DNA of 64,000 bases from Snowella sp. (GCA_035285545.1 JAYKGY010000105.1:19533-83532), one strand, 5' to 3'; shown: positions 41,616 through 53,086, counted from the first letter of the stretch. The notes: generated from the letters alone by a model not told the origin. Translations and numbers: made by a program.

Positions 41616-44348
41616 ATGACAAGACAGCTTAAACTCATTCCGACGGGTCAAATTGTAGCTACATCCCTCCATTCAGAAATGGAACGCTCCTATTTGGAGT
41701 ATGCCATGAGTGTCATTGTAGGACGGGCCCTTCCCGATGTGAGAGACGGATTAAAGCCGGTTCATCGACGGGTGTTGTATGCCATGTATGAATTGGGGTT
41801 AACGCCTGATCGTCCCTATCGGAAATGCGCCCGTGTGGTGGGGGATGTTTTGGGAAAATACCATCCGCATGGAGATCAGTCGGTTTACGATGCCCTAGTC
41901 CGTATGGTACAGGATTTTTCTAGTCGGTATCCCCTCTTAGCTGGTCACGGGAATTTTGGCTCGGTCGATAATGATCCCCCCGCAGCAATGCGTTATACGG
42001 AAACCCGTTTGTCTCCCCTAGCGTTTCAAGCCACCTTAGACAATATCAGTGAAGCGATCGTTGATTTTACGGGGAATTTTGACAATTCCCAGCAAGAGCC
42101 TGTGGTTTTACCCGCCCAGTTACCCATTCTCTTACTTAACGGTTGTTCAGGGATTGCGGTGGGAATGGCGACCAATATTCCGCCCCATAATTTAGGAGAA
42201 ATTGTCGATGGGTTGATTGCCCTGATTGATAATCCCCAATTGTCCGACGAAAACCTCTGGGAAATTATTCCTGGCCCTGATTTTCCGACAGGGGGGGAAA
42301 TTCTTGATCAAACCGGCATTTGGGAAGCCTACCGAACGGGAAGAGGTTTAATTCCTGTCCGAGGCGTTAGCCATATTGAAACCATTCAAACCGAAAGGCG
42401 ACGCAATCGCAACCGAACCGCCATTATTGTGACCGAACTCCCTTTTCAGGTGAATAAGGCCGCCTGGATTGAGAAAATGGCCGAGTTAGTTAACCAAGGT
42501 AAGTTAGACAATATTGCTGATTTGCGAGATGAAAGCGATCGCACCGGAATGCGCGTTGTCATTGAACTTAAAAAAGAAGCTGACCCCCAAGCGGTTTTAG
42601 AAAAGCTTTATAAACAAACTGCGCTACAAAGTAACTTTGGGGTGATTTTATTAGCCCTGGTTGATAATAAACCCTGCCAGCTATCTCTGCGCCAACTTTT
42701 AGAAGAATTTTTAAAATTTCGGGAAGAAACCGTCACACGGCAGTATTCCCATGATTTGGGGGAATGTCAAAAACGCCTACATTTACTCCAAGGCCTATTA
42801 ATCGCGCTGAATCATTTAGACGAACTCATTGATATTTTGCGTCATGCCGCCGATGGCCCAACTGCGAAAGTGCAACTGCAAACCCGTTTAGACATTACGG
42901 AAGAACAGGCTGATTCGATCTTAGCCATGCCCATGCGCCGCATTACGGGGTTAGAACGGCAAAAACTGGAAACCGAACACGAAGAATTAGAAAATCGCAT
43001 TCGGGAATTAGATACCTTACTTACCAATCGCCATGAGCGTTTAAAGTCCCTCAAAAAAGAATTAAGAAAGCTCAAAAAATCCTTTGGAGATGAACGTCGT
43101 ACCCGTATTGTTCAGTCTCCTATCCCACAACCAGTAACGACTTCCCCTACTTCCTCGTCTAGGGAACTTGCTGCGCCATTGGTTGATTCGGCGATCGCAT
43201 CCCCGGAAGCTCAACCTTTAATCACAGCCGATGTTAAGGAAACCCCTGAATCTTCGCTTTTAACCGTAGCAACAGAAGTCGTTAACAAGACGCAAATTCA
43301 AAAACCTGCTAAAAAAACGGAAATTGATCAACCCTTAACGGAAACCATTCAGACCAAGCAACCAGAGTCCGCGACAGTCTCCCCTAAATCCGATTCATCC
43401 GAAACGAAACAACCTCATCCGTTTACCCTGTTTACGCCCCAGGTTCCGCCCGATGATGCCCAATTAACCGTTACCTTATCGGGAGAAGTGTGCTGGGAAA
43501 GCTCCAATGATCAAGCCCCAACGCCTAGCGATGACCCCATAACTTATCGAGAACCGATCCAACAACGGGAGCAATTAATTGTCGTCAGCGATCGCGGCAA
43601 AGCCTATCCGGTTTTAGTCAAAGAAATTCCCTCGGTTGAAATCACTCGTATTCCTTTGTTAGAACTATTACCGAAAAGTGCCCAGCGGGATGCTGATCGG
43701 ATTGCGGGCCAATTCTTTTTACCTGAAGTAACAGGTCAGCAAGATTTACTGTTAATGACTCAGAGTGGCCGCTTAAAACGGCTAACCCTCAATGAATTTG
43801 ATGAGTTGGGTAACCGAGGCTTAAGCCTGATGAAGTTTAAAGACGAAGACAAGCTTCAATTTGTCCAGTTCATTCAATCCACTGAAGATTTAGTCTTAGC
43901 TACCAGTAGTGGGCGATTATTGCGCTTTTCCCTCAAAGAAGAAAATATTCCCCCGATGGGACGGAATGCTCAAGGAAATCCTGCTGTCCGCTTGCGAGTG
44001 GGTGAATCTTTAGTGGGCTGCCTATCAGCGCAATCTAACGAAACAGTTTTATTACTCACCCAATTGGGTTACGGAAAAGCCTTTGCGGTGGAGTCTTTAC
44101 GAGTTGGTAAATTAGGCGATATTGGCACAACGGCCATGCAATTTAGCCAGAAAACCGATCAGTTAGTGGCCATGTTACCCGCGATCAATTCTCCTGATCT
44201 CCTGCTACTCACCAGTCACAACCGTCAACTCGTTCTATCCAGCCAAGAATTTAACCTCTGGACAAAAGATGGAGTCGGCGATCGCGTTATTGAATTAGAC
44301 AATGGGGAAATGATTCAGCAAGCAATATTAACCAGGGTAATCGCATGA
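41616..44348 (+). CDS. type IIA topoisomerase A subunit (GyrA paralog / ParC-like)
   Basis: [30 protein letters not shown]-terminal pinwheel repeats; no GyrA box seen. Confidence 0.92.
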   Translation: MTRQLKLIPTGQIVATSLHSEMERSYLEYAMSVIVGRALPDVRDGLKPVHRRVLYAMYELGLTPDRPYRKCARVVGDVLGKYHPHGDQSVYDALVRMVQDFSSRYPLLAGHGNFGSVDNDPPAAMRYTETRLSPLAFQATLDNISEAIVDFTGNFDNSQQEPVVLPAQLPILLLNGCSGIAVGMATNIPPHNLGEIVDGLIALIDNPQLSDENLWEIIPGPDFPTGGEILDQTGIWEAYRTGRGLIPVRGVSHIETIQTERRRNRNRTAIIVTELPFQVNKAAWIEKMAELVNQGKLDNIADLRDESDRTGMRVVIELKKEADPQAVLEKLYKQTALQSNFGVILLALVDNKPCQLSLRQLLEEFLKFREETVTRQYSHDLGECQKRLHLLQGLLIALNHLDELIDILRHAADGPTAKVQLQTRLDITEEQADSILAMPMRRITGLERQKLETEHEELENRIRELDTLLTNRHERLKSLKKELRKLKKSFGDERRTRIVQSPIPQPVTTSPTSSSRELAAPLVDSAIASPEAQPLITADVKETPESSLLTVATEVVNKTQIQKPAKKTEIDQPLTETIQTKQPESATVSPKSDSSETKQPHPFTLFTPQVPPDDAQLTVTLSGEVCWESSNDQAPTPSDDPITYREPIQQREQLIVVSDRGKAYPVLVKEIPSVEITRIPLLELLPKSAQRDADRIAGQFFLPEVTGQQDLLLMTQSGRLKRLTLNEFDELGNRGLSLMKFKDEDKLQFVQFIQSTEDLVLATSSGRLLRFSLKEENIPPMGRNAQGNPAVRLRVGESLVGCLSAQSNETVLLLTQLGYGKAFAVESLRVGKLGDIGTTAMQFSQKTDQLVAMLPAINSPDLLLLTSHNRQLVLSSQEFNLWTKDGVGDRVIELDNGEMIQQAILTRVIA

Positions 44349-44712
44349 AAATAAAGTGTAAAAAAAGAAGAATGTTGGAAAATAGAAAGAAAAAAATCGT
44401 TATTGAGAGCAGCCTTGTATCGTAATAATTAGCCCTTTCAAATCTAACTGTTCTAATAAAACAGGAATTGCCGTAATTTCATTCGATTTTTTATCTGCTA
44501 AGGTTTGGTTTATTGAACCCGAAGAAAAGCATCAGAAACATTAATGTGACAAGCGGAGCAATACTCGATAGGATGAAAAACAAGTGATTAACCCTATGCA
44601 AATTGACAAAAAAATATCCCATCTGAGTTACGCGCTCTAGTTGAGATATCTTTTAGGATGTATGAATATTGATCAGCTTATACTATAGATTTAACGTTTT
44701 TACCGTCGAGAC

Positions 44713-45039
44713 CTAGCGAGCACTGCCAGCGGCCACTGGAGTCTTAGCAGGAGGAACGGCTGGTTGATATTCTTTTAAGCTGGGGAAAAGAAAATGATTT
44801 TCTTCAACATATTGAGCACCGAACAAACCTTTCTCGGCCCAAAAATATCTGTCCGTAGTGTGCTCATTTCGTTTTACAATAAGTAGCGCAGGAGGTTGAA
44901 TCCCTACTGATTGAATATACTTACGAGCTGCGGTTACGGGTTTGTCTTCACCGCTTTCGATGCTATATTGGGGAACGAGTTCTAAAATTTTGCGTCCTTC
45001 TTGCCGACGACGACTTTTCCGTTTACGTTTTCTTGCCAA
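44713..45039 (-). CDS. DUF3155 protein
   Basis: MARKRKRKSRRRQEGR, RNEHTTDRYFWAEKGLFGAQY; AGGAGG RBS. Confidence 0.88.
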   Translation of the reverse strand: MARKRKRKSRRRQEGRKILELVPQYSIESGEDKPVTAARKYIQSVGIQPPALLIVKRNEHTTDRYFWAEKGLFGAQYVEENHFLFPSLKEYQPAVPPAKTPVAAGSAR

Positions 45040-45068
45040 CCCAATTACCTCCTGTTCCAGCTACATGC

Positions 45069-45084
45069 TGTAATTATAGTTACA
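45069..45084. promoter_or_regulatory. NtcA box overlapping -10 of DUF3155 gene
   Basis: TGTA-ATTATAGT-TACA; minus-strand TATAAT at 45073..45078. Confidence 0.65.
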
Positions 45085-45295
45085 AAATTCGTTACGATTG
45101 TATCCGTTCTGGTCAGGAAAATCAAGGGGATCGCTCGAATTTTCTTGGTGATCGGGAATCGGGAAAAGAAGGGTTCCTTATTGAGTTCTGGCATATTCCC
45201 TTGGCCGTACATGACCTAAATCGGCTGAAAAAATCATTAACATTTCTTAACATGATCTTGCTTTAATCCTCCCTTTTATATCCTCAAAAATATCT

Positions 45296-46600
45296 ATGTC
45301 TGCCGTTGATCCGTTGCCGAATGCCTCTAGTCCTGAATTTATCAGCTTGTGTGAGGCTCAGGTCAGAATCGTGCAACAAGGCGTTCAGGTAGACTGGTGT
45401 GGGGTTTATCTTTCGCGATCGCCGACGCAAACCGAGGAACCTGAGTTGATTCCCCTGGTTCTCTATCCATCTGCCGAAACAAGCATTTATTCCGAAAAGC
45501 CGTTTCTTCAAGTTCCCCGTCCTGATTCTTCCTTCGGCTTATTACCGTCAGCACCCGATACGTTAGACATCGTGGATTTAGAGGATATGGTTCCCTATGG
45601 AGCCAGCGATGAGATCCAAGCCCATCAGCAATTGGTCTTTCCGTTGGTCTATCAGGAAATTATGTTGGGTGTTTTGGTGGCAGGACGGCAATCAGCCCAG
45701 TGGCAAAGTTCAGAGATTGCCCAATTAGAAGAAGTGGCCCATACTTTGGCGATCGCTTGTATTTTGGATCAACGGCAACGGTGGTACTTGCAGCAGTTAC
45801 GGCAACAGCAATTACGGCAAAGCTGGGAACGGGAACATTTAGATAACTTGTTTCATCAGTTGCGGAACCCCTTAACCGCGTTGCGAACCTTTAGCAAACT
45901 CTTGCTGAAACGCTTTTGGGGCGATGAGAAAACCCAATCAGTTATTGAAGGCATTAGTCGGGAAAGTAATCATTTACAGGAATTGTTACAGGCATTTGAA
46001 GCCGATCTCGCTCAGTCGGACACAGAGGTAACCGTTCCAACTTGGGAAACAGAAACGCTACAGGAATCGGTTATTCCTGCCTTATTACCCAGTTCAGGCT
46101 TAGGGTTAATGCCAATTGTGCTTCAAGAAATTTTAGAGCCGATTTTACTTTCGGAACAGGCGATCGCCCAGGAACGACAGATTCAACTTGATGCAAGTTT
46201 ACCCAAGAATTTACTCCCCATTCAAGGCAATGCCGCCGCGTTACGGGAGATTTTTAGTAATTTAATCGATAATGCCCTGAAATATACGCCCAGTGGCGGT
46301 CAAGTTTTCGTTACATCGGGGTTAACGACGATTACAGAAAGGGGGCAATGGCAAGGCGTGGAAATTGCGGATACGGGCTACGGTATTCCTTTAAGCGATC
46401 AAGACCACATTTTTGAACGCCATTATCGCGGAGTCCAAGCAGAGGGGGAAATCCCAGGGACAGGTTTAGGGTTAGCGATCGTTAAAGAATTGGTTGAAAA
46501 AATGCAGGGCAGGATTGAGCTTCTTAGCCCCAATCAACTCAGTCAGAATCCCACCTACCCAGGAACGACTTTTACTATTTGGTTTTTAGTGGCTCCTTAA
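45296..46600 (+). CDS. hik2: GAF sensor histidine kinase, Hik2/CSK-like
   Basis: SPEFISLCEAQ, HQLRNPLTALRTFSKLL, NLIDNALKY, DTGYGI, GTGLGL. Confidence 0.85.
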   Translation: MSAVDPLPNASSPEFISLCEAQVRIVQQGVQVDWCGVYLSRSPTQTEEPELIPLVLYPSAETSIYSEKPFLQVPRPDSSFGLLPSAPDTLDIVDLEDMVPYGASDEIQAHQQLVFPLVYQEIMLGVLVAGRQSAQWQSSEIAQLEEVAHTLAIACILDQRQRWYLQQLRQQQLRQSWEREHLDNLFHQLRNPLTALRTFSKLLLKRFWGDEKTQSVIEGISRESNHLQELLQAFEADLAQSDTEVTVPTWETETLQESVIPALLPSSGLGLMPIVLQEILEPILLSEQAIAQERQIQLDASLPKNLLPIQGNAAALREIFSNLIDNALKYTPSGGQVFVTSGLTTITERGQWQGVEIADTGYGIPLSDQDHIFERHYRGVQAEGEIPGTGLGLAIVKELVEKMQGRIELLSPNQLSQNPTYPGTTFTIWFLVAP

Positions 46601-46605
46601 AGTAA

Positions 46606-46670
46606 GCCCCTCTGCCCCCCATATTGGGGGAAATTTTTAGAAGTCCCTCAGTATTAGGAGAGTTAAAGGA
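46606..46670. repeat. two degenerate inverted copies of the 21641 repeat
   Basis: CCCCC-ATATT-GGGGG hairpin then AAGTCCCTCAGTATTAGGAGAG; between convergent genes. Confidence 0.55.
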
Positions 46671-46685
46671 CAAAATAGTTGTAAA

Positions 46686-47801
46686 TTACGCTTTAAGGTA
46701 ATTTCTGACAATTTCCACAATGCGATCGCTGGCTTTCCCATCTCCAAAAGGATTAATGGCGTTGGCCATTTGTTGATAAGCAACGGGATCACTGAGTAAC
46801 TCACTGGCTTCTTGGAGTAAAATGTCAGGATTGGTTCCCACTAATTTGGCCGTTCCTGCGGTAATGGCTTCAGGTCGTTCTGTCGTTTCCCGTAGGACTA
46901 AAACGGGTTTCCCTAAACTAGGGGCTTCTTCCTGTAATCCGCCTGAATCCGTTAATAATAGGTAACTGCGTTGAATGGCTCCGACTAACTGGGCATAATC
47001 TAGGGGTTCCGTTAAAAAGACACGGGGATTGTCGCCTAATACTTTCTGGATGGGTTCTCTCACAGTCGGGTTACGGTGCATGGGTAACAATAAAGCCGTA
47101 TCAGGGAATTTATCTAGGATTAAGCGAAAACCTGTCAGAATATCCTCTAATGGCTCTCCCCAATTCTCCCGACGGTGAACGGTCGCTAAGATAACGCGAT
47201 GTTTTTCCCAATCTAAACCTGGGATAGGACAATCAGGCTTTTGCTCGGCAACCCTTAACAACGCATCAATGACCGTATTGCCGGTGAGATGAACTTCCCC
47301 TGTCACCCCTGATTTTTCTAGATTGCCCATTGCCATCTGTGTGGGAGCAAAATGAAGTTGGGCCAGTTGGGAAATTAAACGACGATTGGCTTCTTCGGGA
47401 AAGGGATTATAAATATTGTCGGTTCTCAGTCCGGCTTCAACGTGCCCGATGGGAATTTGTTGATAAAACGCGGCTAAGGCCGCAGCAAAGGCGGTGGTGG
47501 TGTCCCCTTGCACAATCACTAATTGGGGCTTAAGTTGAGTAAATAGGGTTTCGAGACCTTGCAAACTGCGATAGGTAATGTCGGTCAGGGTTTGCTTGGG
47601 CTGCATGATATTTAAGTCTTCATTCGCCTCAATCTGAAACAGTTGCATCACCTGTTCTACCATTTCTCGATGCTGACCCGTTAAGACCACATGGGTTTGG
47701 AAATCTGCGTGACGACGAAATTCCTGAATCACGGGGGCTAATTTAATCGCTTCAGGGCGAGTCCCCAAGGTAATACAAATGGATAAGGGCGATGAGTTCA
47801 T
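46686..47801 (-). CDS. wecB: UDP-N-acetylglucosamine 2-epimerase (non-hydrolysing)
   Basis: GTRPEAIK, TGQHR, QGDTTT, HVEAGLR, TDSGGLQEE. Confidence 0.97.
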   Translation of the reverse strand: MNSSPLSICITLGTRPEAIKLAPVIQEFRRHADFQTHVVLTGQHREMVEQVMQLFQIEANEDLNIMQPKQTLTDITYRSLQGLETLFTQLKPQLVIVQGDTTTAFAAALAAFYQQIPIGHVEAGLRTDNIYNPFPEEANRRLISQLAQLHFAPTQMAMGNLEKSGVTGEVHLTGNTVIDALLRVAEQKPDCPIPGLDWEKHRVILATVHRRENWGEPLEDILTGFRLILDKFPDTALLLPMHRNPTVREPIQKVLGDNPRVFLTEPLDYAQLVGAIQRSYLLLTDSGGLQEEAPSLGKPVLVLRETTERPEAITAGTAKLVGTNPDILLQEASELLSDPVAYQQMANAINPFGDGKASDRIVEIVRNYLKA

Positions 47802-47877
47802 GGAAATTTTTCAGCGATCGCAGAGGGCAGACTCTATTTTAATCAAGATTGCGCCATTAAATGTGTTTTGGGGCTAT

Positions 47878-48567
47878 CTAACCGGCAAGTTCATGAATAT
47901 CGCGGGTAGAACCAATTAAAACCATCATCATCCCTTTATAGAGCCGTTCTTCGGGAGCAGGATTAATTTTAAACTTTTCTTCGTTACCAATAGCAAGAAC
48001 GTTAACGCCGTAGTTTTTCCGCAATTGGAGTTCAGCCAACGTTTTATTATTAAAATTCTCAGGCACTAACATTTCAACAATACTGTGCTCCGGATCAAGT
48101 TCAAAGCGGTCAATAATGGAAGGTTTAGTGAGCCGATAGGCTAAATCTTTCCCCGCTTCCTGTTCAGGAAAAATAATGAGGTCAACCCCTAAACGTCTGA
48201 GAATATTTTCATGGGTATCAGAAGACACTTTGGCGACGACATATTTAACACCGCCTTCTTTGAGATTAAGACTAGTAATAATACTTTCTTTTAAGTAATT
48301 ACCAATAGCCACAATGACTGTTTCAAACTCAAAAATCCCCGCTTCTCTGAGGGCATTTACATCGGTAGAATCCAAGGTAATGGCATTAGAAACTACCTTA
48401 GCCGCTAAAGCTTCTGCAACCAGTTTTTCATCTTGATCAATTCCTAATACCTCATAGCCATTTGTATGTAGCGTTTCACAGACAGAGCGACCAAATCGAC
48501 CTAATCCGATAACTGCAAATTGGCGATTGTCCTGGCGAAGGGCCTTTAAAAATTTGATTTTCTTCAT
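47878..48567 (-). CDS. ktrA: Ktr/Trk K+ uptake NAD-binding subunit
   Basis: VIGLGRFG, VIVAIG, FPE, TrkA-C domain. Confidence 0.92.
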   Translation of the reverse strand: MKKIKFLKALRQDNRQFAVIGLGRFGRSVCETLHTNGYEVLGIDQDEKLVAEALAAKVVSNAITLDSTDVNALREAGIFEFETVIVAIGNYLKESIITSLNLKEGGVKYVVAKVSSDTHENILRRLGVDLIIFPEQEAGKDLAYRLTKPSIIDRFELDPEHSIVEMLVPENFNNKTLAELQLRKNYGVNVLAIGNEEKFKINPAPEERLYKGMMMVLIGSTRDIHELAG

Positions 48568-48600
48568 GATTTTTAGCTTTCAGTTAAATTTGAAGCATAA

Positions 48601-49947
48601 TTAACCAATTAACAGGTTTTCTTCGGGATATTGAATGGTGGTGGGGCGCGGATCACCAATAATGGCAGCTATTAACAGGATAACGCCTACTCGGCCAACA
48701 TACATGACGGCAATAATGACCACTTGGGAGAGGGCAGAGAGGTTGGCAGTAATGCCCATGGATAATCCAACTGTGGCAAAGGCAGAGACCACTTCAAACA
48801 AAATGGCAACAGCGGCAACGGAGGAAGTTAACTTAAACTCGATGAAGGTAATCAGACTGGTGGCCACAATGACGGTCAAAACGGAACCAAAAACCACCGC
48901 GATCGCTTTCAAAATTAACGAAGTTGGAATCGTGCGTTTGTAGGTAATGACTTCCTCTTGACCCCGCAGGACGGAACGGGTACAGTTTGCCAAAATACTG
49001 ACGGTTGTGGTTTTGATGCCGCCCCCTGTACCGCTAGGACTGGAGCCAATAAACATAAAAATCATAGTGATCAGCAGGGAGTTGATTTCTAAGGCTCCGT
49101 TATTGATCGTATTAAAGCCTGCTGTCCGAGTGGTCACCGATTGGAACCAGGCGGCCATGAGTTTATCTTTAAAACTAAAATCGGCGATCGTCTCAGGATT
49201 TTGATATTCAATAAATAGAAAGGAAACTGTCCCTAAAAACAGGAGAAATAGGGTCATTCTCAACACAATCTTAAAATTTAAAGAAAACTCAAATCGCCGT
49301 TTACTCCGTTCCCGAATATTTTCTAACCATAAATATAATTCAATAATAAATTGATAGCCGATGCCACCAAAAATAATTAATCCCGTAATCACAACGTTAA
49401 TAATAATTGAGTCATAGTAACCCATTAAACCATCTTTAAAGAGACTAAATCCGGCATTATTAAAGGCACTAACACTATGGAAAATTCCGAACCAAAGGGC
49501 ATCGGCTAAATCATATCGTTGAGAAAATTTATAAATCAGAAAAAAACTGCCCGTAAGCTCAAAAATTAAGGTCGTTGCAATAATCGATTTAACTAAATTA
49601 CGGCTACCTTGTAAAAAAGGGCGATCAAAGGATTCTTGAATGGCAAATCGCTGTTGGAGGTCAAATTTGCGGCCAATTAAAATCATTAAAAAGGTGGTCA
49701 TGGTCATGTAACCCAACCCACCAATCTGCACCAGCATCAATAAAATCAACTCGCCCCAAAAGGAAAAGTGAGTATTGGGATCAACGACGGCTAAGCCCGT
49801 CACACAGACCGCAGACGTTGACATAAATAGCGAAACCAGAAAGTTACCCCAATGACCATCCGTCGTAGCAAAAGGCATCATGAGGAGTAAGGTTCCAACA
49901 GCAATAACGGCAAGAAATCCTAAACAGATTGTCCGTGAAATAGTCAT
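48601..49947 (-). CDS. ktrB: Ktr/TrkH K+ uptake membrane subunit (NtpJ)
   Basis: SAVCVTGL, SAFNNAGF, TTRTAGF, SAFATVGLS, GGGIKTTT. Confidence 0.95.
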   Translation of the reverse strand: MTISRTICLGFLAVIAVGTLLLMMPFATTDGHWGNFLVSLFMSTSAVCVTGLAVVDPNTHFSFWGELILLMLVQIGGLGYMTMTTFLMILIGRKFDLQQRFAIQESFDRPFLQGSRNLVKSIIATTLIFELTGSFFLIYKFSQRYDLADALWFGIFHSVSAFNNAGFSLFKDGLMGYYDSIIINVVITGLIIFGGIGYQFIIELYLWLENIRERSKRRFEFSLNFKIVLRMTLFLLFLGTVSFLFIEYQNPETIADFSFKDKLMAAWFQSVTTRTAGFNTINNGALEINSLLITMIFMFIGSSPSGTGGGIKTTTVSILANCTRSVLRGQEEVITYKRTIPTSLILKAIAVVFGSVLTVIVATSLITFIEFKLTSSVAAVAILFEVVSAFATVGLSMGITANLSALSQVVIIAVMYVGRVGVILLIAAIIGDPRPTTIQYPEENLLIG

Positions 49948-50021
49948 TTTAGCGACTTAGAAATAATTGAGAAGATAGTAGATCAAAATGAGCGATCGCC
50001 CCTGAGTAAAATAGTCGTAAT

Positions 50022-51176
50022 CTAAAAATAATGATTTAAAGCCAAAGGCTTATCAGGGGAGTGTAAGAGACTCTCGTAAAGCTTTTCTAGGCGGTTAATA
50101 TTAGCACTAAAAGTATAGCGTTCTAAGACCCGCTCTCTCGCTTTTTTACCCAATAATTCAGTAATTTCTGGATGATCTCGAAATAAAGGTAATAGGGTTT
50201 TTAACTGAGTGGTAACCCCTTGAGTGCTCAAGATAACTCCCGCTCCTTTTTCTAACACTTCTCCATCAGCCCCTGCATCTGTCGCTAAACAGGCGGCCCC
50301 ACAGGCCATGGCCTCTAATAAGGATAACGATAACCCTTCGACTAAGGATGGAAGAATAAAAGCATCTGCCGCCCGTAAAATATTAATACGAGTCATTTCA
50401 TCCGCAATAAACCCCAACCAATTAATGCCCTGCTCTTCTCCATAGATCGGTTCTAAAGTCGGCTTTAACAAACCATCACCCACAATGAGTAATTGGCAAT
50501 CTTCACCCATGTCACAATGTCGCCAAGCTTTTAACAGAGCCTCGACATTTTTTTCCGGTGCAATGCGTCCTAAATAGACAAATAATCGTTTGGCATTAAA
50601 TTGAGATTTGATGTTAGATTCCCCAGGCGAATATTTATCCACATCCACCCCATTGGGAATAATCGCCAAGCGACGACGGGGCACCCCTAATTTGATCAAT
50701 AAATTGCGCTGTAACTGGGAAAAAACAATGACCTTATCGTATTGGGCTAAAAAAGGGGCGTAAAGTTGATAGGTTAAAAATTGGGTACTGGAAGACAGGT
50801 TGCGTAACTTACTGTCAAAGGGAGGGTGGAAGGTGGCCACCAAGGGAATATTTAATTCTTCACAAATTTCGGGCAATCGAAAATCTAGGGGAGACAGGGT
50901 TAAGGAGGCATGAACGAGATCGGGTTTCAGTTTTTGTAGGGATTCGGCTAAAACCTTGCTCGATTTCGGCGTAGGAATGGTGTAAATCGTGGATTTAAAC
51001 AGAAAAGGTAATAAAACTTCAGGACAATCGGGCCAACTTTGATCTAAAGAATCTTCCTGGGAAAAATGCAGGAAACTGACCTTATATCCTCGATCTAATA
51101 ATGCATTGGTGACTTCTCTTCCATAGGTTACATTTCCACAAAAAGGTGATTTTTTTCCTAGCCAGGCAATGTGCAT
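50022..51176 (-). CDS. dgdA: GT4 glycosyltransferase, DGDG synthase DgdA (KtrE)
   Basis: MHIAWLGKKSPFCGNVTY, PSLVEGLSLSLLEAM; synteny with ktrB as in Synechocystis. Confidence 0.85.
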   Translation of the reverse strand: MHIAWLGKKSPFCGNVTYGREVTNALLDRGYKVSFLHFSQEDSLDQSWPDCPEVLLPFLFKSTIYTIPTPKSSKVLAESLQKLKPDLVHASLTLSPLDFRLPEICEELNIPLVATFHPPFDSKLRNLSSSTQFLTYQLYAPFLAQYDKVIVFSQLQRNLLIKLGVPRRRLAIIPNGVDVDKYSPGESNIKSQFNAKRLFVYLGRIAPEKNVEALLKAWRHCDMGEDCQLLIVGDGLLKPTLEPIYGEEQGINWLGFIADEMTRINILRAADAFILPSLVEGLSLSLLEAMACGAACLATDAGADGEVLEKGAGVILSTQGVTTQLKTLLPLFRDHPEITELLGKKARERVLERYTFSANINRLEKLYESLLHSPDKPLALNHYF

Positions 51177-51354
51177 TGAATATTAACCGCGAATGTGAGT
51201 AAAAATTATGTTAAAAAAAGAAATGAGCATGATATTTGATAATCATAGACTAAAGAGATACGCTTTGAATCAGCATTGGGGCTTGAGTTCGGCTCTTCAA
51301 GGTGTTTTTAGAGTCATAACCCTAAGAAAAACAAAATTATCCGAAAAATGCTAA

Positions 51355-51387
51355 AAAATTACCAAGATTGATCACCCTGGTAATTTT
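51355..51387 (-). terminator. hairpin downstream of hpnH
   Basis: AAAATTACCA...TGGTAATTTT. Confidence 0.45.
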
Positions 51388-51411
51388 CGCTGATTTATGA
51401 TTTAAACGTTT

Positions 51412-52428
51412 TTAAGCACTCAGCAAACTGCTCATGGCTCTGGCCATATTTTGGGGTTTGAGGGCATCGACGGCGGCAGTGGGTTCGTAGCCACAATGCA
51501 CCATACAATCGGCACAGTGGGGGTTATTACTCTTGGGCCCATAATTTTCCCATTGGGTATTATCCAACAATTCTTGGAAGCTTTGATAATGCCCTTCATT
51601 CAGTAAATAACAAGGCTTTTGCCAACCCAAGACGCTATAGCTTGGACTTCCCCAAGGGGTACAGTCGTAGTCTTTGTCCCCCATTAAGAAATCTAAAAAG
51701 AGGGGATTGTGGTTAAAGTTCCACGCTTTTTTACCCGATTTCCAAGGAGCTAAAATTTCTCTAAATAGGGCGCGGGTTTGTTCCCGTTTGAGGAAGTGTT
51801 CCTGATCGGGGGCCCATTCGTAACTGTAGCCTGGGGAGACCATCATGCCATCGATGCCCAAGGTTTGCAGAAAATCAAAGAATTCTTGGACTTCGTTCGG
51901 GTCAGCCCCTTCAAAGATGGTGGTATTGGTGGTAACGCGGAACCCTTTGGCTTTGGCAGCTTTAATCGCTTGAATGGCTTTATCAAACACACCGACGCGA
52001 TCGACGCATTGATCGTGATGTTCCCGCAAGCCATCGAGATGCACGCTAAAGGTTAGGTAAGGAGAGGGTTCAAATTTCGAGAGGCTTTTTTCTAAAAGAA
52101 TGGCATTGGTGCAGAGATAAACAAATTTTTTGCGCTCAACTAAGCCTTTAACGATTTCATCAATTTGGGGATGCAGTAAGGGTTCGCCCCCAGGAATGGA
52201 AACAACGGGTACGCCGCATTCTTCGACAGCCGCAAAGCATTGCTCAGGGGTTAAATTTTGGGTAAGAATTTCCGTGGGATGCTGAATTTTGCCACAGCCT
52301 TGGCAAGCTAAGTTACAACGAAATAGCGGTTCTAGCATCAAAACCAAGGGAAAACGCTTATTTCCTTTTAATCGTTGCGAAACAATATAACTACCGACAA
52401 CGAGGGCTTGTTTTAATGAAACAGCCAT
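51412..52428 (-). CDS. hpnH: adenosyl-hopene transferase (radical SAM)
   Basis: [41 protein letters not shown]. Confidence 0.95.
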   Translation of the reverse strand: MAVSLKQALVVGSYIVSQRLKGNKRFPLVLMLEPLFRCNLACQGCGKIQHPTEILTQNLTPEQCFAAVEECGVPVVSIPGGEPLLHPQIDEIVKGLVERKKFVYLCTNAILLEKSLSKFEPSPYLTFSVHLDGLREHHDQCVDRVGVFDKAIQAIKAAKAKGFRVTTNTTIFEGADPNEVQEFFDFLQTLGIDGMMVSPGYSYEWAPDQEHFLKREQTRALFREILAPWKSGKKAWNFNHNPLFLDFLMGDKDYDCTPWGSPSYSVLGWQKPCYLLNEGHYQSFQELLDNTQWENYGPKSNNPHCADCMVHCGYEPTAAVDALKPQNMARAMSSLLSA

Positions 52429-52623
52429 ATTTTTCCTCTCACCACATAATTTTTTAAGATTTTTGACATTATAGTTTCTTTTCGGCGATCGCGGAAATTG
52501 ATGTCTAATAAAAAAGCCCACTTGTGTGAGCTAAATTTAAGAATTAGAGTTGAAATTAATGATATTAATCAATAAATGCGGGTACAACCAGCAACAAGGT
52601 TAACGCAGGACGACGCGCTTTAA

Positions 52624-52995
52624 TTATTGAACGACAACTTCACCAACCATGCCAGCACCACGATGGGGTTCACAGTAGTAGCTGTAGGTTCCTGGCTCAG
52701 TGAAGGTAGATTCAAAAGATTCACCAGGAGAGAAAACTAAGGCTTTGTGGGAAGCTTTGGTTGCAACCTCGGAACTACCATCAAAAACAACGTTGTGGGG
52801 AGCTAATTTGTTATTGACCCATTTAACGGTGTCACCTGCTTTAATCGTAACGGTTTTAGGCTCAAATCCTAAGGTTCCAGAATCAGTCCCCATTTTTACC
52901 GTCACCGTATCAGCCATTGCAGGGCTTACAGAAAGGAAAAAGCTCGTAACAACGAGGAACAGTCCAGCAAGTAATAATCCGAATTTTTTAGACAT
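52624..52995 (-). CDS. petE: plastocyanin
   Basis: Signal peptide; [17 protein letters not shown]. Confidence 0.98.
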   Translation of the reverse strand: MSKKFGLLLAGLFLVVTSFFLSVSPAMADTVTVKMGTDSGTLGFEPKTVTIKAGDTVKWVNNKLAPHNVVFDGSSEVATKASHKALVFSPGESFESTFTEPGTYSYYCEPHRGAGMVGEVVVQ

Positions 52996-53086
52996 CTGTG
53001 TTAGCTTCCTAAAGTAATTCTACTGAACAGGTGTGACTAGGTGTTCTTTAACCAGCGTCCAACCGTTTGTTTTTGTATCTTCAGAT

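Noticed and set aside
44345..44425. 26-aa basic ORF overlapping the gyrA-like stop
   Set aside because: A-rich intergenic composition explains it; no support
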